Program-made: the position numbers and the translations under genes
Shown here: one piece after another, positions 57,771-64,000 of the stretch
How the letters are laid out: the number at the start of each line of letters is the position of its first letter
How positions within the stretch are numbered: the stretch's first letter is position 1
Notes under the pieces: model-generated
The model's database searches: none
What the model saw: only the letters and a program-made list of their open reading frames with translations
What the model was told of the DNA's origin: nothing
Source of the DNA: Candidatus Collierbacteria bacterium UBA2277
GTDB taxonomy: Bacteria > Patescibacteriota > Microgenomatia > UBA1400 > MFAQ01
Reading direction: 5' to 3'
NCBI GenBank assembly: GCA_002347045.1
Contig: DDWV01000001.1
Span: forward strand, 419,844 to 483,843
Length of the DNA: 64,000 nucleotides

Positions 57771-58133
57771 CTAAGCTAAAATGTTTATTGCCATTAGAAG
57801 CTCTCTGGCAGCGGTGGAGTCCATAACAACAGGACTGTTATCATAGCCTGTATCTTTTGCTCTTATTGGAAAGATACAAAGGAAACCTGCTTGTTGAACG
57901 ACTTTTATCAATTTATCCTCGAAAATGATACTGTGGTTTACGTTTACATCACGTTTTTTTAGGTTGAGGAGTTCTTGATACAAAGAACCTGCGCTTCTTG
58001 ACAGGACTGTAAACAAAAATTCACCGGACCTATCAAAAAAAGAGATTAATGGAAACCAACTGGAACAAGTCTCGTCTTTTTCTGAAACAATTGCATAACC
58101 TTCAGTCAGTTTTACCTTGAGGTATTTATTCAC
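57771..58133 (-). CDS. hypothetical protein (120 aa) inserted between rplO and secY
   Basis: ORF only. Confidence 0.4.
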   Translation of the reverse strand: MNKYLKVKLTEGYAIVSEKDETCSSWFPLISFFDRSGEFLFTVLSRSAGSLYQELLNLKKRDVNVNHSIIFEDKLIKVVQQAGFLCIFPIRAKDTGYDNSPVVMDSTAARELLMAINILA

Positions 58134-58226
58134 TTTTCCTCCGAAATTCCAGATTTTAAACTGCTTGGCCTGTATTATATATGATTATGTTTGCCTAGAC
58201 ATAAAAAAATATATTTAAGAAAATAC

Positions 58227-58252
58227 CAAAAAAGCCCTTATAGGGCTTTTTT
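58227..58252. terminator. bidirectional rho-independent terminator immediately after rplO (A6-AGCCCTtataGGGCT-T6)
   Basis: Perfect hairpin with flanking A and T runs. Confidence 0.65.
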
Positions 58253-58272
58253 GAAGAAAATTAAAATTTAAG

Positions 58273-58722
58273 TTACTTAGAAAAAATGTATTTCCCTCCA
58301 GCTTTTTCGATAGCCTTAATAGCTCCAGCTGAAGCTGGAACATTGATATCTAGAGCTTTTTCGAGTTTTCCGGTAGAGATAACTTTGAAACCACGCTTGG
58401 CTTCCTTATCACTTATCTTTAGAGTTTTGATCAGAGTAGCACTGTCTATAGTGTCCTTATCAGTAAAATGCTTGGTAAGGATGTCAAAGTTAACAGTGAT
58501 TGGTTGTAGTTTTATCACTTGGAAGCGGTGCTTACCTTTGACGAAAGGAGTGCGACGAATGATAGGAAGCTGACCACCTTCAAACCATAAAGGGATTTTG
58601 TTTCGAGTCTTTTGACCTTTTTGTCCACGACCAACTGTGTGACCGCCAACTCCTGAGCCATAGCCTCGGCCTAAACGCTTTTTACGAGTAAGGACTGTTT
58701 TTGGAAGAGTAGATAAAATCAT
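58273..58722 (-). CDS. rplO: 50S ribosomal protein L15
   Basis: GRGxGSGxGxTxGRGxKGQ N-terminal motif. Confidence 0.9.
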   Translation of the reverse strand: MILSTLPKTVLTRKKRLGRGYGSGVGGHTVGRGQKGQKTRNKIPLWFEGGQLPIIRRTPFVKGKHRFQVIKLQPITVNFDILTKHFTDKDTIDSATLIKTLKISDKEAKRGFKVISTGKLEKALDINVPASAGAIKAIEKAGGKYIFSK

Positions 58723-58727
58723 AGTTG

Positions 58728-59246
58728 TTAGGATTTAAGGGCCTTGAGGAGCTGATATTTTTTAGATAGGGTTTCAACTTGTTTTAAAGCTTTGAAAGTG
58801 GCTCTGGCATTACTGGTTTTATTGTTTGAACCAAGAGCTTTACAAACGATGTCTGTGATTCCTGCGGCTTCAACAACTGCACGAATTGAGGACCCGGCAA
58901 TAATACCTGTTCCTTTTGGTGCTGGGCGGAAAAGTACTTTTGAGGCACCATATTTGGAAATTGTTTCATAAGGAATAGAACCATTTACTAGAGGTACCTG
59001 AACAAGGTCTCTGTTACTAAGGCGGATAGCTTTTTTAATTGCATCAGCAACGTTTGGTGCTTTTGCAAGACCTAGCCCTACCTTGCCTTTCTTGTCACCA
59101 GTGACTACTAAAGCAGAAAAGGACACGTTTGTGCCACCTTTGGTCTTTTTACTAACACGGCGGATTTGAAGTACTTGCTCAAAGCCATCTGGCTGCTGGT
59201 GGTCTCCTCTACCTCGATTGCTGTTTGATTTGTTTGAAGGATTCAT
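58728..59246 (-). CDS. rpsE: 30S ribosomal protein S5
   Basis: S5 dsRBD + C-domain, 172 aa. Confidence 0.9.
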   Translation of the reverse strand: MNPSNKSNSNRGRGDHQQPDGFEQVLQIRRVSKKTKGGTNVSFSALVVTGDKKGKVGLGLAKAPNVADAIKKAIRLSNRDLVQVPLVNGSIPYETISKYGASKVLFRPAPKGTGIIAGSSIRAVVEAAGITDIVCKALGSNNKTSNARATFKALKQVETLSKKYQLLKALKS

Positions 59247-59251
59247 ATGAT

Positions 59252-59599
59252 TTAGAATTTAATTCCTGATTGCCTAACTGCCTCGGCCAAAGCTTTTACT
59301 CGGCCATGAAAACGATAACCTCCGCGATCAAAGACGATGGCTTCAATTTTATTGGTTATTGCGTTTTTCCCAAGGATTGTGCCAACTTCAGAAGCTTGGT
59401 CAAGTTTTGTTCCTTTAAACTTCTTTAGTGACTTGGAAGAGGCAATTGCAAGAACTTTGCCCGTTTTATCAATAATCTGAGCTGAGATGTGCTGGTTTGA
59501 GCGCAAGACAGTCAGTCTTGGAAGTGTGTTTCCGGCTAAAAGCTTGGCACGAACTCTGTGCTGTCTCTTGGCCTTGGGAGTTGAGATGTTTTGAATCAT
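59252..59599 (-). CDS. rplR: 50S ribosomal protein L18
   Basis: 115 aa, ...RPRLSVFRSN-like RLTVLRSNQHI. Confidence 0.9.
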   Translation of the reverse strand: MIQNISTPKAKRQHRVRAKLLAGNTLPRLTVLRSNQHISAQIIDKTGKVLAIASSKSLKKFKGTKLDQASEVGTILGKNAITNKIEAIVFDRGGYRFHGRVKALAEAVRQSGIKF

Positions 59600-59627
59600 T
59601 TTTGTTAATTATTTAATGACAGATAAA

Positions 59628-60176
59628 TTAAGCAGCGGTTTTAGTAGCGGTCTTACCTTGTTTTCTAATAACGACTTCGTCTGAGTAACGGACACCTTTA
59701 CCTTTGTAGGGTTCTGGTTTTCTAAGCTCACGAATGTTTGCGGCAACCTGACCAACAAGTTGTTTGTCAATTCCGGTAATGTGGATTTTGTCTTGACCTT
59801 CGACAACAATGTCTACACCAGAAACTTTCTTGAAAAGAATAGGGTGAGAGTATCCCAAAGAGAGAGTGAGCCCATCTGGGGTGCTTGCTACGCGGTATCC
59901 TGTACCTACAAGCTGAAGATGTTTTTCGAAACCTTCGGTAACACCAGCAACGCAGTTTTGGGCTAAGCGTCTTGAAAGACCGTGAAGAGCTCTAACTGAA
60001 GGAATATCACTTTCTCTGGTAAAGTTTAAGATGTTATCTTTTTGTTCGACGGTGATGCCTTTAGGAACAACTGATTCCAAAGTGCCTTTGGGGCCAGTGA
60101 ATCTGAGAAATCCGTCTAGTTTTTCGACTTTTACGTTCTCAGGGACATATAGTGGTTTGCGGCCAATGCGACTCAT
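59628..60176 (-). CDS. rplF: 50S ribosomal protein L6
   Basis: MSRIGRKP start, two-domain 182 aa. Confidence 0.9.
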   Translation of the reverse strand: MSRIGRKPLYVPENVKVEKLDGFLRFTGPKGTLESVVPKGITVEQKDNILNFTRESDIPSVRALHGLSRRLAQNCVAGVTEGFEKHLQLVGTGYRVASTPDGLTLSLGYSHPILFKKVSGVDIVVEGQDKIHITGIDKQLVGQVAANIRELRKPEPYKGKGVRYSDEVVIRKQGKTATKTAA

Positions 60177-60182
60177 ATTTTT

Positions 60183-60572
60183 TTACCAAACTTGACAGAT
60201 AACTTCACCACCAAGATGTTTTTCTCGGGCGGCTTTTCCAGTCAGTAGACCAGATGATGTAGAAACGATAGTAGTACCAGCACCTGAAAGGGCTGTGGGG
60301 ATTTTGTTGTGACTGGCGTAGATTCGAACGCTGCCTTTGCTGATTCTTTTGATTCCTGTGACAGCGGCGAGATCTTTATCAAAATAACGAAGAGACATAG
60401 TAATTTTTTTGGAAGGCTTACCTTCTATTACAGAGTAGTCTACAAGAAAACCTTCGGCTTTTAGAATCTTTGCGATAGCCTCACAGATCTTGGTGTGTTT
60501 AGCTTCGACTGTTTCTTTTTTTGCAAGATAGCCGTTTCGAATAATTGTGATGAAGTCTGCGATTGTATCCAT
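60183..60572 (-). CDS. rpsH: 30S ribosomal protein S8
   Basis: DxIADxxTxIRN N-terminus, C-terminal GGEIICxVW. Confidence 0.9.
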   Translation of the reverse strand: MDTIADFITIIRNGYLAKKETVEAKHTKICEAIAKILKAEGFLVDYSVIEGKPSKKITMSLRYFDKDLAAVTGIKRISKGSVRIYASHNKIPTALSGAGTTIVSTSSGLLTGKAAREKHLGGEVICQVW

Positions 60573-60573
60573 A

Positions 60574-60759
60574 TTATTTTGACATTTTGTAGACGCCTGG
60601 TAACTCGCCTTTGTGAGCTAGTTCTCTAAAACAGAGACGGCAAAGTCCGAAGATACGGATAACGCCACGAGGTCTGCCACAAAGCTGACATCGACGGTGA
60701 TCACGTGTGTTGTGACCTGCGAGTTTTTTTGTTTTAGCGATTTTACTTTTTTTGGCCAT
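60574..60759 (-). CDS. rpsZ: 30S ribosomal protein S14 type Z (zinc-binding)
   Basis: 61 aa, CQLCGRP...CRLCFRE. Confidence 0.9.
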   Translation of the reverse strand: MAKKSKIAKTKKLAGHNTRDHRRCQLCGRPRGVIRIFGLCRLCFRELAHKGELPGVYKMSK

Positions 60760-60771
60760 GTTTTAACTGTT

Positions 60772-61320
60772 TTATGCTTCTTTGGTAAAAGGCATGCCAA
60801 GAGCGGTAAGAAGCATAAGCGATGTCTCTGCGTCTTTGGCACTTGTGGATATTGTAATCTCTAAGCCTTGAATCCTGCCTATTTTATCATACTCAACCTC
60901 AGGAAACACGATTTGTTCTGAGAAGCCTAGAGTATAGTTTCCTCTTTTATCAATGGTTTTCTGAGAAACACCCTGAAAATCTTTGATTCGAGGGAGAACA
61001 ATTGAGGTTAGTTTTTGAAAAAAGTCGTACATTCTGTCGCCTCTTAGAGTAACCTTCAAGCCAACCACTTCACCCTCACGAAGATTGAAGGCGGCGATAC
61101 TAAGCTTGGCTTTTGTTTCAAGAGGTGTCTGGCCTGTGATTAGACCCATCCAAGTTTTTGTCTTTTCTAGGAACTCTTTGTCTGTTTTAAAGTCACGTGA
61201 TGATGTATTAACAGTGATTTTTTCTAGCTTTGGAACGGCCTCAATAGAAGGAAGACCCAACTCCTTTTGAAGAGAAGGACGAATTTTTTTTAGATAGTTT
61301 TCTTTCAGTGTTTGTGTCAT
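60772..61320 (-). CDS. rplE: 50S ribosomal protein L5 (start at MTQTLKENY; ORF-track extension spurious)
   Basis: L5 core VTLRGDRMYDF, PRIKDFQG. Confidence 0.9.
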   Translation of the reverse strand: MTQTLKENYLKKIRPSLQKELGLPSIEAVPKLEKITVNTSSRDFKTDKEFLEKTKTWMGLITGQTPLETKAKLSIAAFNLREGEVVGLKVTLRGDRMYDFFQKLTSIVLPRIKDFQGVSQKTIDKRGNYTLGFSEQIVFPEVEYDKIGRIQGLEITISTSAKDAETSLMLLTALGMPFTKEA

Positions 61321-61640
61321 TTTTTCTTTTCGCTTGTGATAACTTGTCGACAGAGATGGCAAACACGAACCTTGGGAGTCTGAGATGCGTCAAAACCGAC
61401 TCTGGTTGCTTTTCCACAACTTGGACAAACTAGCGCAACTGAGGCGGTAGAGATGGCTCGAGGAAGGATAGCGATTGATCCAGGTTCGTTGCCTTTTGGC
61501 TTAATGTGTTTTTTGTAAACATTTAAACCTTCAATAAGGACTTTTTGATCTTGAGGGAAGACTTTTAGAATCTTTCCTGTTCGACCTTTGTCTTTACCAG
61601 CGGTTATTTTTAGTGTGTCTCCGATTTTGAATTTAAACAT
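61317..61640 (-). CDS. rplX: 50S ribosomal protein L24 with C-terminal Cys4 zinc ribbon
   Basis: KOW motif TGKDKGRTGKI; CPSC...CHLC replaces non-Cys residues of E. coli L24. Confidence 0.85.
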   Translation of the reverse strand: MFKFKIGDTLKITAGKDKGRTGKILKVFPQDQKVLIEGLNVYKKHIKPKGNEPGSIAILPRAISTASVALVCPSCGKATRVGFDASQTPKVRVCHLCRQVITSEKKK

Positions 61641-61645
61641 ATGCT

Positions 61646-62020
61646 TTATACAACTTCTGGTGCTAATGAAGCAATCTTTGCAAAGCCAGCATCTTTGACT
61701 TCTCTGGCGATAGGTCCGAATACGCGAGTACCTAAAGGCTGCTTACCGGCGATTGAGTCAATTATTACTACGGCATTATCATCAAAGCGAACGTAAGTAC
61801 CATCGTCTCGACGGGTCTCTTTTCGACAACGAACAACTACGGCTTTAACAACTTGCTTATTTTTAACTGCACCGTTGGCGTCAGCTCCTTCAACCGCGGC
61901 AGTAACAACATCGCCAATGTAGCCAAAGCGACGGCGAGAACCACCATGGACAAGGATAACTTTTACTAGTTTTGCGCCGGAGTTATCGGCAACATTAAGA
62001 ACAGATCTTAGTTGAATCAT
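61646..62020 (-). CDS. rplN: 50S ribosomal protein L14
   Basis: [17 protein letters not shown] start. Confidence 0.95.
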   Translation of the reverse strand: MIQLRSVLNVADNSGAKLVKVILVHGGSRRRFGYIGDVVTAAVEGADANGAVKNKQVVKAVVVRCRKETRRDDGTYVRFDDNAVVIIDSIAGKQPLGTRVFGPIAREVKDAGFAKIASLAPEVV

Positions 62021-62244
62021 AGAACTTTAGTTATTAGCCAGTGCTTATTTTTACTAATGGGACGAGTCTCTTCAATGCGAACCCTATCTCCTTCTTTGGC
62101 TCCAATCTCGTTGTGAACATTGTAGGATTTACTAACCTTGATACGCTTAAGGTATTTTGGGTGAACTTTAAAGTGCACGACACTAACAATGGCACTTTTA
62201 ACCATTTTGGCGCTCTTGACGGTTCCTGTTAGATGTTTGGTCAT
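62017..62244 (-). CDS. rpsQ: 30S ribosomal protein S17 (start at MTKHLTG)
   Basis: S17 OB-fold, 75 aa. Confidence 0.85.
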   Translation of the reverse strand: MTKHLTGTVKSAKMVKSAIVSVVHFKVHPKYLKRIKVSKSYNVHNEIGAKEGDRVRIEETRPISKNKHWLITKVL

Positions 62245-62245
62245 A

Positions 62246-62437
62246 TTATTTTGTATTTTCCTTTGAAACAACCTGGTTGTTTTTTGCGGTTAGTAACTGA
62301 GCAATTTGGACTTTAATTTTTTTGTGAGCATTGGTGTTTTTTTCCTGTCCAGCTTTAATTTTTAGCCGAGTATCGGCAAGCTTGATTTTTAGCTCATCTA
62401 AGGTATCTAGTGGTGTTTCTATCTTTGTTTTAGGCAT
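62246..62437 (-). CDS. rpmC: 50S ribosomal protein L29
   Basis: 63 aa helical, operon position. Confidence 0.8.
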   Translation of the reverse strand: MPKTKIETPLDTLDELKIKLADTRLKIKAGQEKNTNAHKKIKVQIAQLLTAKNNQVVSKENTK

Positions 62438-62843
62438 TTTCTTTTTCTACAAATTTTGTTTTAACTGAAAGTTTGTGACCGGCGAGACGAATAGCTTCAG
62501 CTGCAACTTCACGACTTACTCCCGAGAGCTCCATGAGAACTTGACCGGGCTTAACGACAGAAACATAGGCAGAAACATCGGATTTTCCTGAACCCATACG
62601 GGCGCCAGGGGTTTTCCATCCGATTGGTTTGTGAGGGAAAACTCTCAAGAAAAATTTACCGACACGTTTTGTGTGATGAGTAATTGTACGACGTGCAGAC
62701 TCAATTTCGGCAGCTGAAACCCAACCACACTCAAGAGCTTTTATACCGTACTCTCCAAAAGCAATAAAATTACTTCTAGTGGCAACTCCACCCATTGAGC
62801 CTCGGAATTCTTTTCTATATTTTCGTCTTGATGGTTGTAGCAT
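62430..62843 (-). CDS. rplP: 50S ribosomal protein L16
   Basis: MLQPSRRKYRK start. Confidence 0.95.
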   Translation of the reverse strand: MLQPSRRKYRKEFRGSMGGVATRSNFIAFGEYGIKALECGWVSAAEIESARRTITHHTKRVGKFFLRVFPHKPIGWKTPGARMGSGKSDVSAYVSVVKPGQVLMELSGVSREVAAEAIRLAGHKLSVKTKFVEKENA

Positions 62844-62855
62844 AGTCTTTGTTTT

Positions 62856-63509
62856 TTAGATGTTGATATCTCCTGTATAAATCCAGACCTTAATTCCGAC
62901 GTATCCAGAACGAGTAAGTGCTGGTTTTTCGACGTAATCAATGTTGGCACGTAGAGTTTGAGTTGGGACACGACCTTGCTTGAACTTTTCTGTTCTAGCA
63001 ATTTCGGCTCCGTTTATACGACCAGCAAAAACAATTTTTATACCTTTGGCACCGGCAGCCATCACTTTTTCGATAGCTTGATTGGCGGCACGACGGAAAG
63101 GATAACGGTGTTCAAGTTGATTTACAAGTCGGTCGACAATTATACCAGCTGAGAGCTCAGGATTCTTAATTTCCATTGGATGAAGATTAACTTTTAGAGA
63201 ATTTTTGGCTTTTGGATTGATTTTTAGAAGTTTTTCGACATCTTTTTTAAGAAGTTCGAGGGAAGATCCGCCGCGCCCGATAACGACACCAGGACGAGAA
63301 ACGTACATAAAGATATCGATGGTATTAATGCTTCGTTTTATCTCGATAGTAGTGATTCCGGCAAGCTTGAGCTTTTCTTCAAGATATCGACGAATAGAGT
63401 TGTCTTCTAAAACATACTTTGAGTAGTTTTTGAAGTTACTGAACCATACTGACTTAGTAGGAAAGATATAGCCGGTTCTAAAGATAGTTGGATTGACTTT
63501 TTTTCCCAT
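62856..63509 (-). CDS. rpsC: 30S ribosomal protein S3
   Basis: MGKKVNP start, KH domain GRGGSSLE. Confidence 0.95.
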   Translation of the reverse strand: MGKKVNPTIFRTGYIFPTKSVWFSNFKNYSKYVLEDNSIRRYLEEKLKLAGITTIEIKRSINTIDIFMYVSRPGVVIGRGGSSLELLKKDVEKLLKINPKAKNSLKVNLHPMEIKNPELSAGIIVDRLVNQLEHRYPFRRAANQAIEKVMAAGAKGIKIVFAGRINGAEIARTEKFKQGRVPTQTLRANIDYVEKPALTRSGYVGIKVWIYTGDINI

Positions 63510-63511
63510 AG

Positions 63512-63955
63512 TTATTTAGTTTTTTTTGTTGTGACAACTTTTGTTTTTTTAACCTCTTCCTTTTGAACTTTAGCCTTTGGAGGAGTGTTTTTTGGAGGGG
63601 CTACTCTTAAGTTTAAGGTTAGATGAGAAGAGATGCGCTCGTAAGGTTTTGTACGACCACGGCCACCGATATGGGCACGCTTGATGGTTCTTCCTTTTGT
63701 AGCAAAAGCCGAGTCTATGACAAGTGAGTCTGGAGATAACTGTTTTTGAGAAACTGCATTTCCAATTGCCTGTTTTATAAGTTTGGAGATTGGATCTGAA
63801 GCTCTTTTTTGAATTACGGCTAGCTGTTTTATAGCGAGCAACGCGGGACGACCAACCAAAGCCTTGAGAACAAGATTGGTTTTGCGTGGCGAAGAAAGTA
63901 CGTGACTTGCCCTGGCGGTAATAATAGTAGAGTTTTCTTTGTTTACAGTAGCCAT
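63512..63955 (-). CDS. rplV: 50S ribosomal protein L22 (Lys-rich C-terminal extension)
   Basis: ARASHVLSSPRKTNLV ~ L22 N-terminus. Confidence 0.9.
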   Translation of the reverse strand: MATVNKENSTIITARASHVLSSPRKTNLVLKALVGRPALLAIKQLAVIQKRASDPISKLIKQAIGNAVSQKQLSPDSLVIDSAFATKGRTIKRAHIGGRGRTKPYERISSHLTLNLRVAPPKNTPPKAKVQKEEVKKTKVVTTKKTK

Positions 63956-63960
63956 ATATT

Positions 63961-64000
63961 TTATGTTTTAGCTAAGATTCTCTTAACGATACGTCCATGA
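63961..64000 (-). CDS. rpsS: 3' end of upstream ribosomal protein gene, probably S19 (partial, runs off window)
   Basis: ...HGRIVKRILAKT* then L22; canonical order S19-L22. Confidence 0.35.
   Translation of the reverse strand, partial: HGRIVKRILAKT

Noticed and set aside
1-64000. Alternative genetic code (UGA=Gly, code 25), as in some CPR
   Set aside because: Ribosomal proteins, SecY, RecA and others have normal lengths with standard stops, so code 11 fits.
1-64000. CRISPR arrays
   Set aside because: No regularly spaced short direct repeats seen. The only tandem repeats are the 3x174-bp Zn-ribbon repeats inside a CDS and a TP-rich linker.

Overview
This is a low-GC (about 37%) stretch of a small bacterial genome with Gram-positive-like or candidate-phyla (CPR)-like traits: RNase Y, sortases with LPXTG substrates, no L30, and PnuC/NadR NAD salvage. 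The standard code appears to be used. The right third (50.1-64.0 kb, minus strand) is a nearly complete S10-spc-alpha ribosomal cluster, with L13 and S9 appended. It runs S19'-L22-S3-L16-L29-S17-L14-L24-L5-S14(Z)-S8-L6-L18-S5-L15, then a terminator, two unknown ORFs, and SecY-Adk-Map-IF1-L36-S13-S11-S4-RpoA-L17-L13-S9. The middle holds housekeeping genes (recA/recX, rny, hup, miaA/miaB, an AI-2E transporter, RNase P RNA, secDF, cca, rel, dacA, gltX) and a surface-protein locus. That locus carries two paralogous LPXTG proteins with ice-binding-like (DUF3494) and FN3 domains, followed by two sortases, a tRNA-Pro and an upstream poly-C tract. The left 9 kb is accessory. It has three copies of a mosaic GC-rich structured repeat that bracket putative islands, a translationally coupled unknown gene pair plus an HNH homing-endonuclease-like gene, and a cluster of two ATP-grasp ligases and a C39-like peptidase. 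Other notable items are a candidate RiPP pair (a Cys/Ser/Thr-tailed peptide plus a radical SAM enzyme) at 18.0-19.3 kb, a zur-znuCB operon with a palindromic operator, and a protein made of three topoisomerase-type zinc ribbons. The L24 carries a Cys4 zinc ribbon, and rpmJ was absent from the ORF track.
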